A stretch of 64,000 nt of DNA, taken from NCBI GenBank assembly GCA_016177225.1, contig JACOVQ010000004.1, positions 3,328 through 67,327 of the forward strand, read 5' to 3'. The stretch is from Candidatus Zambryskiibacteriota bacterium (GTDB lineage Bacteria > Patescibacteriota > Minisyncoccia > Phycocordibacterales > Zambryskibacteraceae). The notes beneath the pieces are model-generated. The model made no database searches and was not told the origin of the DNA. It saw only the letters and a program-made list of their open reading frames with translations. Every line of letters begins with the position of its first letter. Positions within the stretch are counted from its first letter, which is position 1. The position numbers and the translations under genes were made by a program. Positions 39,432-49,698 of this stretch are shown in pieces.

Positions 39432-40345
39432 TGGATAATCAGATATCTCTAGCGCACGAATACGAATTAAAGCCGTTAATTTATCTTATCGGTATGGTTC
39501 TCTTAGTAATTCTCGTAGCGCTTATTTTATCAACCAAAGATACTAGAAGAGACCACTCTGTTCCGACAAAAACAGCCTCACATCCTTTTCCCGTTTTAAG
39601 CCTCGAAGCCAAAGCGGTTTATGTCTACGATATTAGAGCCGGCAAAGTATTGTTTGCCCGGAATGAAGACAAACGTCTGCCTCTGGCGTCTCTTACTAAA
39701 ATCATGTCGGCTGTCGTGGCCGAAGAATCTCTTCCAGAAAGTTTGGCAGTGAAAGTGGATGCTGAAGCCCTTAGAGAAGACGGGGACAGCGAACTTTTGC
39801 GCGATGAAAGATGGAATTTCAAAAATCTTCTGAATTTTTCTCTGGTCACTTCCTCCAATGATGGCATAAAAGCGGTAGCGCTTGCTTTTGGGGCGGCGAG
39901 CGACTTTGTGAGTGCGATGAATGAGAAGGCAAGCAAACTTGGACTTAAAAATACTTATTTCTGGAATGAGACGGGACTTGACGAATCGGATGTAAAAGGC
40001 GGTGCATATGGAAGCGCTCGCGATTTTACTCGTCTTATGTCCTATGCATGGGAAAGTTATCCGGAAATATTTTCGGGGACGCGAGAACAAGTAGCCACAT
40101 TTACATCTTTGGATAATAAAATCCATACCGCCAAAAATACCAACGATATAGTGGGGGATATTCCCGGTCTTCTGGCATCAAAAACAGGTTACACTTCCAC
40201 TGCCGGCGGCAACTTATCCATCATCTTCGACCCTGAACTTGGCTATCCAATCGCCATTACCGTCTTGGGTTCCTCGGAAGAAGGCCGCTTCAGAGATATG
40301 GAAAAATTAGTTTCCGCGTCGATTCAGTATTTAAGCGGGAAATAG
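39431..40345 (+). CDS. serine-type D-Ala-D-Ala carboxypeptidase (PBP5/6-like)
   Basis: SLTK (SxxK), SSND (SxN), KTG motifs; N-terminal TM. Confidence 0.75.
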   Translation: MDNQISLAHEYELKPLIYLIGMVLLVILVALILSTKDTRRDHSVPTKTASHPFPVLSLEAKAVYVYDIRAGKVLFARNEDKRLPLASLTKIMSAVVAEESLPESLAVKVDAEALREDGDSELLRDERWNFKNLLNFSLVTSSNDGIKAVALAFGAASDFVSAMNEKASKLGLKNTYFWNETGLDESDVKGGAYGSARDFTRLMSYAWESYPEIFSGTREQVATFTSLDNKIHTAKNTNDIVGDIPGLLASKTGYTSTAGGNLSIIFDPELGYPIAITVLGSSEEGRFRDMEKLVSASIQYLSGK

Positions 40346-40362
40346 GCTATAATCAGCCTAAT

Positions 40363-42198
40363 ATGTGTGGAATTACGGGTATTTTAGGAGCGTGGAACAA
40401 CGAGGTCATCAAGAAGATGACTGGGGCTATCGCGCACCGTGGGCCGGATGACGAGGGCTTCTATACAGATGAGAATATTTCGCTGGGGATGAGGCGGCTT
40501 TCCATCATCGACCTTGCGGGAGGGCGTCAGCCGATAAGTTCTACCGACGGGCGATATTTAATTTTCTACAACGGAGAAGTCTATAACTACAAAGAAATAA
40601 AAAAGGATTTAAGCGATTATCAATTTAAAACCGATAGTGATACGGAAGTAGTTTTGGCTGGATTTATAAAGTGGGGACCGGAAGTTTTGAAAAGACTTCG
40701 CGGCATGTTTGCGTTTGCCATTTACGATAAAGAGAAGAAAGAGATACTCCTCGCGCGAGATTTCTTTGGTATTAAACCGCTCTATTACTTTTGCCCCACT
40801 TCGCATGAAGCTTCGCAGAGCCGAAGAGTATTGGCGTACTCTTCGGAAATAAAAAGCTTTCTTGAAATTCCAGGTTTCCAGCCGGAAGTAAATGACACTG
40901 CGGTATTTAATTACCTTTCATACCAGTATAATCCGCTTGAAGAAACATTTTTCAAAAATGTTTATAAACTTCCGCCGGCGCATTACATGAAAGTGAATAC
41001 AGAAACTGGGGAAGCGGAGATCAAAAGATATTGGCAGTTTGCATTTAGCCAAAACGATTCTTTAGATGAATCAGAAACTCGGGAGAAAATTCTGGAAACA
41101 ATGAAGAATTCCGTAGCTCATCACATGATTGCCGATGTGCCGGTCGGTGCGTTTCTCTCGGGTGGAATTGATTCGAGTATTATTGCGACACTCATGCAAC
41201 GTATTAGAGGCGATAAGAAAATAAAAACTTTTACTGTGGGATTTCAATCTCTAAGCGAGACATGCGAAGCTCGCGAGACTGCCGAGCCGCTTGGTACGGA
41301 ACACAGAGAAATTTTCATCGGTCCGGAAGAATATTTCAAGATGTTGCCTGAAGCCGTTTGGCATTTTGATGAGCCGGTAGCCGACCCCTCTGCTATCGGC
41401 TTATATTTCTTGGCGCGCGAGGCGAGAAAACACGTCAAAGTGGTGCTCTCTGGCGAAGGCGCCGACGAACTCTTCGGCGGATATAATATTTATCTTGAAC
41501 CTTTCGCTCGACGCTGGATATCCTGGATTCCCAAGTTTATTTTGAAATTTCTTTCTAAACTCCCTCTGCGAGGCAGTAATTTCGCCAAGCGCGCCTTGTT
41601 TAAACTCGAAGAACGTTACATAGGCAATGCCTCTGTATTTAATTCAGAAGAAGTCAAAAAGTTATGGAAAACAGGCGTGTCAACCTGCCAGGTTGACACG
41701 GGGGGGCTATACGAGAAAGTCAAAAATTTGAGCGATTCGACCAAGATGCAATATATCGACATTAACACCTGGCTAGTGGGGGATATTTTGGCCAAAGCGG
41801 ACAAGATGACTATGGCGCATTCGCTAGAACTAAGAGTGCCATTCCTCGATAGAGAGGTGGCGAAACTCACATCAAAATTGCCGGATAGATTTAAGTGGAG
41901 GAGTGGCAAAACTAAATACCTTTTACGAGAAGCGTTTAAAAAGATTCTGCCGGAATCCACGCGCAAGCGCAAAAAGCTTGGTTTCCCAACGCCGGTGCGA
42001 AACTGGTTTACCAAAGAGAGAACGGATTTGTACCAAACGATTCTTGAGAACCCCTATATTAAGAGCCATATGGATACGGGCTTTATTCGAAAGCTTATAG
42101 AAGACCACACGTCAAATGGTATTGATAACTCCAGGAAGATTTACCTCTTATTAATGCTTGCCCTCTGGTACAATACCTTTATCCATGGACGTACTTAA
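40363..42198 (+). CDS. asnB: asparagine synthetase (glutamine-hydrolysing)
   Basis: MCGITG Ntn start, SGGIDSS PP-loop. Confidence 0.85.
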   Translation: MCGITGILGAWNNEVIKKMTGAIAHRGPDDEGFYTDENISLGMRRLSIIDLAGGRQPISSTDGRYLIFYNGEVYNYKEIKKDLSDYQFKTDSDTEVVLAGFIKWGPEVLKRLRGMFAFAIYDKEKKEILLARDFFGIKPLYYFCPTSHEASQSRRVLAYSSEIKSFLEIPGFQPEVNDTAVFNYLSYQYNPLEETFFKNVYKLPPAHYMKVNTETGEAEIKRYWQFAFSQNDSLDESETREKILETMKNSVAHHMIADVPVGAFLSGGIDSSIIATLMQRIRGDKKIKTFTVGFQSLSETCEARETAEPLGTEHREIFIGPEEYFKMLPEAVWHFDEPVADPSAIGLYFLAREARKHVKVVLSGEGADELFGGYNIYLEPFARRWISWIPKFILKFLSKLPLRGSNFAKRALFKLEERYIGNASVFNSEEVKKLWKTGVSTCQVDTGGLYEKVKNLSDSTKMQYIDINTWLVGDILAKADKMTMAHSLELRVPFLDREVAKLTSKLPDRFKWRSGKTKYLLREAFKKILPESTRKRKKLGFPTPVRNWFTKERTDLYQTILENPYIKSHMDTGFIRKLIEDHTSNGIDNSRKIYLLLMLALWYNTFIHGRT

Positions 42199-43237
42199 AA
42201 TAATTTTACCGACCGTTTTAACTTTCTTTATCGGCATTGGTATTACGCCGTTTTTTACCCGCTACTTTTATAAATACAAAATGTGGAAAAAGTTTTCCAG
42301 GACGGAGGCCAATACTTCAAACACTTTTAACACTATTCATAACACAACCGCCGAGATGAGTACGCCTCGCATCGGCGGCGTGATTATCTGGATATCGGTG
42401 CTGTTCGCCATCTCGGTTATTTATCTTTTGTCAGTATTTTTTCCGACCAATCTTACGGAGAAGCTCAACTTCTTCTCGCGCTCGCAAACGCTCGTGCCTC
42501 TGGGAGCCTTTTTCCTCGCGGCTCTGGTGGGTCTGGTAGAAGACCTTTCTCACATCTCCGGCCGCGGCGTTATCGCAAGCGACTCTCTGGTTTACCGAAA
42601 AATTAAAATTGTTCTAATATTCCTTATTGCTCTGGTCATCAGTTTCTGGTTTTATTTCAAAATCGATTTCAGCTCTGTCCACATTCCGTTTGCCGGCAGT
42701 TTGGAACTCGGCATCATTTTCATACCGTTCTTTATCATGGTCATGCTTGCCACTTTCTCAACTTCGGTCATTGATGGCCTTGACGGGTTGGCCGGGGGAG
42801 TGATGGCCACTATCTTTGCCGCCTTCTCGCTTATTGCTTACATGAATAGCCAAACCGATATCTCCGCTCTCTCTGGCGCCATTGCCGGAGGCATTCTTGC
42901 ATTCTTGTGGTTTAATGTCCCGCCGGCACGCTTCTATATGGGCGAAACGGGCATGCTTGCGCTGACGGTAACGCTTTCTGTTATCGCATTTCTTACCGAC
43001 GCGGTTTTGCTCTTGCCGATTATCGCCTTGCCGCTCGTTTTAACTACCGCCTCTGTCATTATCCAGATTGTCTCTTACAAATTCTTCAACAAACGGCGTA
43101 TCTTTAAAGTAGCGCCATTGCATCACCACTTCCAAGCCATCGGCTGGCCGCGCGAGAAGGTGGTCATGCGCTATTGGATAATTTCCGTTATCTCGGCCAT
43201 TACGGGAATTATTTTGTATCTAGCAAGTTTTAAATGA
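42185..43237 (+). CDS. mraY: phospho-N-acetylmuramoyl-pentapeptide transferase (GT4 MraY/WecA family)
   Basis: STPRIGGV, VIDGLDGLAGG motifs; polytopic. Confidence 0.7.
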   Translation: MDVLKIILPTVLTFFIGIGITPFFTRYFYKYKMWKKFSRTEANTSNTFNTIHNTTAEMSTPRIGGVIIWISVLFAISVIYLLSVFFPTNLTEKLNFFSRSQTLVPLGAFFLAALVGLVEDLSHISGRGVIASDSLVYRKIKIVLIFLIALVISFWFYFKIDFSSVHIPFAGSLELGIIFIPFFIMVMLATFSTSVIDGLDGLAGGVMATIFAAFSLIAYMNSQTDISALSGAIAGGILAFLWFNVPPARFYMGETGMLALTVTLSVIAFLTDAVLLLPIIALPLVLTTASVIIQIVSYKFFNKRRIFKVAPLHHHFQAIGWPREKVVMRYWIISVISAITGIILYLASFK

Positions 43238-44265
43238 CGGCAAAGCTCGTTAAATTTAAAGATTGGTACGAAGAAAACGAAAAGAAAATCTCATTCGTCT
43301 CGCTTGCAGGCGGCTTTATCCTCGACCTTCTTACGGCGCGCATCGACTCTTTTCTCGATAATTTGTGGCTCGCTCTCAATATTTTTTCTGTGGCCATATG
43401 CATCATCGTCCTCAACCGCAAAGAGAATTTCTTTCTCTTTAACCTCATGCAGTTTAATTTCGGCGCCATTTTGGGCACTTCATTCGTCTTCTACTTCAGG
43501 TCGGCGGCGCTTTCGGCCAGTTGGCCGTTTCTTCTTATCCTGCTTTCAGCCTTATTTGCCAACGAGTTTTTCAAAAAGCACTATGAACAGCTTGTTTTCC
43601 GGGTCTCATTTCTTTATCTCTCGCTCTTTATATACTTCTCATATCTTGTGCCGGTGTTGGTTCATCGCATTGGTTCAGTCGTCTTTCTTGCAAGCGGGGC
43701 TTTAAGCCTTATTGTATTATGGGGTTTTGTAAAAGTTCTGAAAGAATTTTCTAGACAAACATTCTTTGCTGTCTCAAGTCTCTTTATTGTTATCAACCTT
43801 CTGTATTTTTTAAACGTCATTCCGCCTATTCCTCTCGTTCTTAAAGACGCCGGCATTTACTACTCCGTGGACCGCACCGCTTCCGGCGGTTACGCCGTAA
43901 CGGCAGAGAAAAAAAGTTGGCTCGATTTATTTGGAATCAATCAGAAAATTTATTGGTCTGAGGGTAAGACTTTGTACGCATATAGCGCCGTCTTTTCTCC
44001 CGCGGACCTTAATACCGACATTGTCCATGAATGGCAGTATAAAGACGAAAATACCGGTAAATGGATTGCTGGTAGCCGTATACCGCTTAAGCTCTTCGGC
44101 GGCAGGCAAGAAGGCTTCCGCACTTACTCGGTTAAGTCCGCTCTTGCGCCAGGCCGCTGGCGCGTCAACGTCACAACATCTCGCGGCGCCGTTTTGGGCC
44201 GAATTAGTTTTCTTGTCATAGAATCGCCTGATATTTTTAACAGGGAAGTAAAAGTGTTAAAATAA
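43234..44265 (+). CDS. polytopic membrane protein with C-terminal soluble beta-rich domain
   Basis: Multiple TM helices. Confidence 0.45.
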   Translation: MTAKLVKFKDWYEENEKKISFVSLAGGFILDLLTARIDSFLDNLWLALNIFSVAICIIVLNRKENFFLFNLMQFNFGAILGTSFVFYFRSAALSASWPFLLILLSALFANEFFKKHYEQLVFRVSFLYLSLFIYFSYLVPVLVHRIGSVVFLASGALSLIVLWGFVKVLKEFSRQTFFAVSSLFIVINLLYFLNVIPPIPLVLKDAGIYYSVDRTASGGYAVTAEKKSWLDLFGINQKIYWSEGKTLYAYSAVFSPADLNTDIVHEWQYKDENTGKWIAGSRIPLKLFGGRQEGFRTYSVKSALAPGRWRVNVTTSRGAVLGRISFLVIESPDIFNREVKVLK

Positions 44266-44270
44266 TAAAA

Positions 44271-44705
44271 ATGAAATTTCTGTTTCTCTTATTGTTTTTC
44301 ATTCTCACTTTTTTTCCTAGCGCTTTGGCCGCTGAGACGAAGGATAACGTATTGGAAGCCATGTGCAAGCAAGTGCTTTCTGGCGACTTAGACTTATCTC
44401 CAAAAGTATTGTTGGAAAAGGCGAAAGAAAAAGCGGTTGCGCTGCCCGGCGAGATGCTAGCCGCTGCAACTAAAAAGTTGAGCGAGGTTCCCGAAGTACT
44501 GGCCGAAAAAATCGAATCTTTGAAAAAGCCCGTTCCGTCCGCAAATTCTCTATTATTAAAATCTCTTTCGCCCGAAACTAATAACAGCGCTCTCATGGCC
44601 TCCGTCTTAAATTCCGGCATAGACCTCGCCAGTATCCTGGTCAGGTATTGGCAGTGGACCTCCGCCGGCATAGTGTTGCTATATCTCTTACTCAAATTTT
44701 ACTGA
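44271..44705 (+). CDS. secreted hypothetical protein with C-terminal TM
   Basis: Signal peptide ...PSALAAE. Confidence 0.4.
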   Translation: MKFLFLLLFFILTFFPSALAAETKDNVLEAMCKQVLSGDLDLSPKVLLEKAKEKAVALPGEMLAAATKKLSEVPEVLAEKIESLKKPVPSANSLLLKSLSPETNNSALMASVLNSGIDLASILVRYWQWTSAGIVLLYLLLKFY

Positions 44706-44720
44706 TATAATCCACTCACT

Positions 44721-45812
44721 ATGGCAACCCGGGCGAGAGTTGATAAGACTTTTTTATCCATTACCGTACTTTTGGCCGGTGCGGGATTTCTCATTTTCTC
44801 CTCCGCCTCGCTCGCCCTCCTGGCTAAAGAGAGCTCTAATTACTCCAGTATTGCTTTCTCCCAAACGGTGTTGGGCTTGCTTGCCGGGTCCGTCGCTTTA
44901 GTTATCGCATCAAGACTCGATTATAAAATTTGGAAAAAATTTGCTTTTTATCTTCTGCTTTTTGCCATAATTTTAAATATTGCCGTGCTTATACCCGGTG
45001 TCGGCTTCGCACACGCCGGGGCGCGAAGATGGCTTGAAGTTGGCGGTTTTTCTTTCCAGCCGTCCGAAGTGCTTAAACTCGGATTCATCATTTATTTTGC
45101 GGCCTGGTGCTCGGCAGTCAAAGATAAAATCAAAACTTTCTCTTGGGGCCTTATGCCATTTATTATCATGCTCAGTATTGCGGGAGTATTGCTTTTAAAA
45201 CAGCCAGACTACGACACGCTCCTTGTACTTGCAGTCACTGGCATCGCCATGTTCGTAGCCGCCGGAGCAAGATGGAAAGACATTTTACTTTTGGCTATTG
45301 TTGGAACCATTGCCATATCGTTTAAAATTTATGCCACTCCGTACGCTATGCAAAGAATCAAAACCTTTTTTCACCCTATGGAGAATACTTTGGGGGCGGG
45401 GTGGCAAAGTCAGCAATCTCTTATCGCTGTCGGTTCTGGAGGATTATTTGGCAGGGGATTTGGACAAAGTGTGCAGAAATTTACTTATCTTCCGGAGCCG
45501 GTGGGTGATTCAGTCTTTGCGGTAGCGGCGGAAGAGCTCGGCTTTATCGGCGCGGTAATTCTTGTCGGACTCTTCGTGCTCTTTGCCACGCGAGGACTCA
45601 AGATTGCTTCGGGAGCCGCAAATCCATTTGCTAGACTGGTTGTTGTCGGAATTGTTATAATGATTATATCCCAGGCATTCGTCAATATCGGCGCCATGCT
45701 TGGAGTGGTTCCACTTTCAGGCATTACCTTGCCATTCGTATCGCAAGGAGGTACATCTTTATTTTTTACTCTGCTTGAAGCCGGTATCGTCCTTTCGATC
45801 TCTCGATTTTAA
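44721..45812 (+). CDS. ftsW: SEDS-family peptidoglycan glycosyltransferase FtsW/RodA
   Basis: Polytopic; PEPVGDSVFAVAAEELGFIG motif. Confidence 0.85.
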   Translation: MATRARVDKTFLSITVLLAGAGFLIFSSASLALLAKESSNYSSIAFSQTVLGLLAGSVALVIASRLDYKIWKKFAFYLLLFAIILNIAVLIPGVGFAHAGARRWLEVGGFSFQPSEVLKLGFIIYFAAWCSAVKDKIKTFSWGLMPFIIMLSIAGVLLLKQPDYDTLLVLAVTGIAMFVAAGARWKDILLLAIVGTIAISFKIYATPYAMQRIKTFFHPMENTLGAGWQSQQSLIAVGSGGLFGRGFGQSVQKFTYLPEPVGDSVFAVAAEELGFIGAVILVGLFVLFATRGLKIASGAANPFARLVVVGIVIMIISQAFVNIGAMLGVVPLSGITLPFVSQGGTSLFFTLLEAGIVLSISRF

Positions 45813-45813
45813 T

Positions 45814-46959
45814 ATGAGAATTTTATTTACCGGCGGCGGCACAGGCGGGCACTTCTACCCGATTATTTCCATTGCCGAAGAGCTCAGCGCTTTAGCCAAA
45901 GAGAAAAAACTTTTAGAGCTTGAGCTCTTCTTCATGTCGCCAACTCCGTACGATGCCGGAGTGCTTTACGAGCACGGCATTATTTATAAGAAAAATTCTG
46001 CCGGTAAAATTCGCCGCGCTCCGGGGATTTTGAGCTTGTTTGAAAACTTTATCGATATTTTCAAAACGGGGTGGGGGATTCTTTCTTCCATTAGGCAGGT
46101 TTATGCGATTTATCCCGACGTTATCTTTGGCAAGGGCGGCTACACGAGCTTCCCGGCGCTTCTGGCGGGAAAGCTTTTGCGCATACCGGTCGTTATTCAC
46201 GAATCAGATACGGTGCCGGGGCGAGTGAACTTGTGGGCGGCAAAATTTGCATCTAAAATCGCCGTTTCGTACCGCGAGGCGGCAAAATACTTTCCCCCAA
46301 ATAAAGTAGCTTATACCGGCAATCCGGTGCGCAGAGATATTGCCACTCCTAAGACTGAAGGAGCGCGAGAATTTCTAAAAATCGAGGAAGGAGTGCCGGT
46401 AATATTAATTCTCGGCGGTTCGCAAGGAGCGAGAAAAATTAATGACACCGTGCTTGAAGAGCTCGATAAGCTGGTGGAAAAATACGTCATTATTCACCAA
46501 GTGGGAAAGAATAATTTTGAAGAGGTAAAAGCCACGAGTGAAGCGGTGTTATTTAACTCCTCGCACAAAGACAGATATAAACCGTTTGATTATCTTAATA
46601 ATTTGGCAATTAGGATGGCCGCGGGCGTGGCTAGCGTGGTTGTATCCCGCGCCGGCTCGACCATATTTGAAATCGCGAGCTGGGCAGTGCCATCCATCAT
46701 TATTCCCATCAACGAGCGCGTTAGTCGCGACCAGCGCTCCAACGCCTTCGCTTACGCTCGAGCCGGCGCCTGCTCCGTTATCGAAGAAGATAATTTGACT
46801 CCCGCCATACTCGCTTCAGAAATTGAGCGGCTGGTGACAAACGAAGATTTGCGCAAGAAGATGGGGGAGGCGGCCAAAACATTTTTTAAACCGGACGCGG
46901 CACGCTTGGTGGCGGAAGAAATTCTTAAGATTGCCCTCGCACATGAAATTGAGAAGTAG
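45814..46959 (+). CDS. murG: undecaprenyldiphospho-muramoylpentapeptide beta-N-acetylglucosaminyltransferase MurG
   Basis: MRILFTGGGTGGHFYP; start at ATG 45814 immediately after the ftsW stop. Confidence 0.85.
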   Translation: MRILFTGGGTGGHFYPIISIAEELSALAKEKKLLELELFFMSPTPYDAGVLYEHGIIYKKNSAGKIRRAPGILSLFENFIDIFKTGWGILSSIRQVYAIYPDVIFGKGGYTSFPALLAGKLLRIPVVIHESDTVPGRVNLWAAKFASKIAVSYREAAKYFPPNKVAYTGNPVRRDIATPKTEGAREFLKIEEGVPVILILGGSQGARKINDTVLEELDKLVEKYVIIHQVGKNNFEEVKATSEAVLFNSSHKDRYKPFDYLNNLAIRMAAGVASVVVSRAGSTIFEIASWAVPSIIIPINERVSRDQRSNAFAYARAGACSVIEEDNLTPAILASEIERLVTNEDLRKKMGEAAKTFFKPDAARLVAEEILKIALAHEIEK

Positions 46960-46975
46960 ATAAATCCTCTCCCAA

Positions 46976-46997
46976 CCTCTCCTTTATCAAGGAGAGG
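46976..46997. repeat. hairpin CCTCTCC-TTTATCAA-GGAGAGG upstream of the DUF559 gene
   Basis: Read directly. Confidence 0.6.
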
Positions 46998-47003
46998 GGC
47001 AAT

Positions 47004-47369
47004 ATGTTGAAATACAACTTTATTCCTTACAATAAAAATCTGGTTTCTAGAGCTAGAGAATTGAGAAATAACCAGACTAAAGCTGAAAAGATTTTTTGGA
47101 CTGATATTCTAAAAAGTAAAGAATTTAAAAACTTAATTTTTCTTAGGCAGAAGCCGATTGGAAATTTTATTATGGATTTCTATTGCGCAAAATTACTTCT
47201 AGACATAGAGATAGACGGCGACGTTCATGATACAGGCAGAGACAAAGAAAGAGATTATATTTTAAAAGAAAAGTTTGGTATTACAGCGGTTCGGTATAAG
47301 AATGATGATGTCGTAAATGACTCCGAAAGTATAAAGGAAGATTTATTCAAAAGAATTTTTCTCCCTTGA
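47004..47369 (+). CDS. DUF559 (Vsr-like endonuclease-fold) protein
   Basis: FIMDFYCAKLLLDIEIDGDVH pattern of DUF559. Confidence 0.65.
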   Translation: MLKYNFIPYNKNLVSRARELRNNQTKAEKIFWTDILKSKEFKNLIFLRQKPIGNFIMDFYCAKLLLDIEIDGDVHDTGRDKERDYILKEKFGITAVRYKNDDVVNDSESIKEDLFKRIFLP

Positions 47370-47379
47370 TAAAGGGAGG
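47360..47379. repeat. hairpin CTCCCTT-GATA-AAGGGAG, inverted copy of the upstream hairpin, overlaps the DUF559 stop
   Basis: Read directly. Confidence 0.6.
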
Positions 47380-47429
47380 GCAGGGAGGGATTAGAATGGG
47401 TTACGGAGGAATCATGCTAGAATTGGTTT

Positions 47430-48587
47430 ATGAAAGTAATAACCAGAATTCCGCCTTCCCCTACTGGTAATCTCCATATCGGTACCGCTCGCACCGCGCT
47501 TTTTAATTATCTTTTTGCTAAAAAGAATGGAGGTAAGATTATCTTGCGCAGTGAAGATACCGATAGGGAAAGGTCGAAAAAAGAATTCGAAGAAAATATA
47601 ATAGAAAGCCTAAATTGGCTTGGAATTGGCTACGACGAATTTCAGAGACAATCTGAAAGAGGGGAGATTTATAAAAAATATATCGAGAAGTTATTAAAAG
47701 ACGGTTCTGTCTACGAAGCTGAAGAAGGTGTAATCAGATTCAAGAATCCCAACACAAGAATAAAATTCACGGATGTGGTTCGAGGCGATATAGAATTTGA
47801 TACAAGCGACCTGGAAAATTTCGTCATTGCCAAAAATGTTAGTGAACCGCTTTATCACTTGGCTGTAGTGGTAGACGACCATGAATCAGGCATTACGCAC
47901 ATAATTAGAGGAGAGGACCATATTTCCAATACACCGAGACAAATTTTGATACAAGAAGCTATAGGTGCCACACGTCCTATCTACGCGCATGCGCCTCTGA
48001 TTCTTGCTCCCGACCGCTCCAAACTTTCTAAAAGACACGGGGCGACAGCAGTTATTGATTATCAGGCTAAAGGCTATCTGCCCGAAGCCATGATAAATTA
48101 TCTAGCTCTCCTCGGCTGGAATCCCGGAACAGACCAGGAAATATTTACGATGGAAGAACTGATTAAACAATTTGATTTGAATAAAATTCAAAAGGGCGGG
48201 GCAATATTTGATGAAAAAAAATTGGCATGGGTAAATAAAGAGCACATCAAGCGCTTATCGCCTGAAGTGCAGAAAGGAATGCAGATTAAAACCCTGAAAG
48301 AAGAACATTATATAAAAAATCGCCCGGATTTAGATGTGGAAAAGATGAGTTGGAAAAATTTTTCCAAAGAAGATACAAAGAAGTGTCTCGAAGAAGTCAA
48401 TAAATTAATACCTGATACGGATGCTATAATGAAATACGCCGAAAGGGTAGGGAAAGGTAATGTCTTGTGGCCTCTGCGCTACGCTCTATCCGGCGAAGAG
48501 AAGTCTCCCGACCCGTTTACGCTCATAGCGGTGCTCGGAAAAGATGAATCAATTTCTCGCGTCAAAAAAGCCATCGAAATTCTCTGA
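47430..48587 (+). CDS. gltX: glutamate--tRNA ligase (short form)
   Basis: RIPPSPTGNLHIG, KLSKR motifs. Confidence 0.85.
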   Translation: MKVITRIPPSPTGNLHIGTARTALFNYLFAKKNGGKIILRSEDTDRERSKKEFEENIIESLNWLGIGYDEFQRQSERGEIYKKYIEKLLKDGSVYEAEEGVIRFKNPNTRIKFTDVVRGDIEFDTSDLENFVIAKNVSEPLYHLAVVVDDHESGITHIIRGEDHISNTPRQILIQEAIGATRPIYAHAPLILAPDRSKLSKRHGATAVIDYQAKGYLPEAMINYLALLGWNPGTDQEIFTMEELIKQFDLNKIQKGGAIFDEKKLAWVNKEHIKRLSPEVQKGMQIKTLKEEHYIKNRPDLDVEKMSWKNFSKEDTKKCLEEVNKLIPDTDAIMKYAERVGKGNVLWPLRYALSGEEKSPDPFTLIAVLGKDESISRVKKAIEIL

Positions 48588-48589
48588 AC

Positions 48590-48802
48590 TTGCATGTTTA
48601 CCGTCTCTTTACTATTATTTATTATATGCAAACAAACAGGGGATTTATCGGCAAAATAATCCTGATTATTATCGGTCTTGCGCTTCTGAAATATTTTTTC
48701 GACTGGTCGATATTTGACGCTATAGATTCTCCGCGTGGCCAGGCCGCTATCTCTTACATCAAAGATATTATTACCTATATTTGGAATGAAATTATTCATT
48801 AG
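48590..48802 (+). CDS. small hydrophobic hypothetical protein
   Basis: ORF only. Confidence 0.25.
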   Translation: MHVYRLFTIIYYMQTNRGFIGKIILIIIGLALLKYFFDWSIFDAIDSPRGQAAISYIKDIITYIWNEIIH

Positions 48803-49698
48803 GCCTCTTAAAATCATACTGTTCTTCTTATTGTCTCCGCTATATGTGCCGATGTATCTATTGATGAACTTTACTTTCAAATGGTGGACCGATCTTTTGA
48901 AGTAATAGATATGTCACAAAAGATATATTGTGGGACACGAATCTAAGTTCTTTCCCCCTACTCCCTACACTTTGCTTTGATTCATAACCTCGACAGTGAG
49001 TCCAAAAGTTTTATATACTTGTGTTAGCGTGAGAGTTGTGACCTCACGCTGTTGTATTTAGCCATGGGAGCGGGTGAAAGCCCCGCACTAAATGTTCGAC
49101 ACATTGAATCTCATCATCATTTTGTTGATTGTGAAGCAATTGACGAAATAGATGACCTAAGACTGGCAAAGATGTCAGTCTTTTGTATTAGACCCACCAT
49201 TGAAGTTATGAATCGGCAATTTATATAATTTTAAACGCCGATGTTTATGAAAATCTCCCCTGCTCTGTCCCTAATTTGCTTAAAATTTAGACCGAGAGTA
49301 AACTAGAAACTAGCCACGAAGTTCATTGAATCCTGGCACAGACAGCCTGAAGATTATCTAGATAACGTTCTAGAGTCCCGCTACCCTTTAACGAGGGATA
49401 ACTTGGAGACTTATTCGCTAGATAATCGCGTAAGGTGAACCAATTTGTAGCTTTATGCTACTAACCCGCCGTAAGTCGGAAACAATAACTTCGTTTCTTG
49501 TTCAGTCTGTGTCAGAATTCAGTGAATTTTTTATTTGAGACAGAACAAGAGAGATTTTCATCTCTTACAACCTCGATGGTGGAGCTAAGTACAGTGTAAG
49601 TAACTGTTTATAACTACGTTTGACTAAATTACATATATGGATATCATATATGCATATGGGCTTCGGCCTCGCCCCGTAAGGGGAGAATAACAAGGAAA

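Noticed and set aside
49385-49402. I-SceI-like motif (AGGGATAAC) in the non-coding stretch
   Set aside because: Partial 9-nt resemblance only; no LAGLIDADG ORF nearby; likely coincidence.
48985-49585. Two AACCTCGAYRGTGRAG motifs as a mini CRISPR array or tRNA T-arm fragments
   Set aside because: Only two copies ~580 nt apart with no unique spacers, and no tRNA-like pairing. Retained only as possible direct repeats of a degraded insertion.
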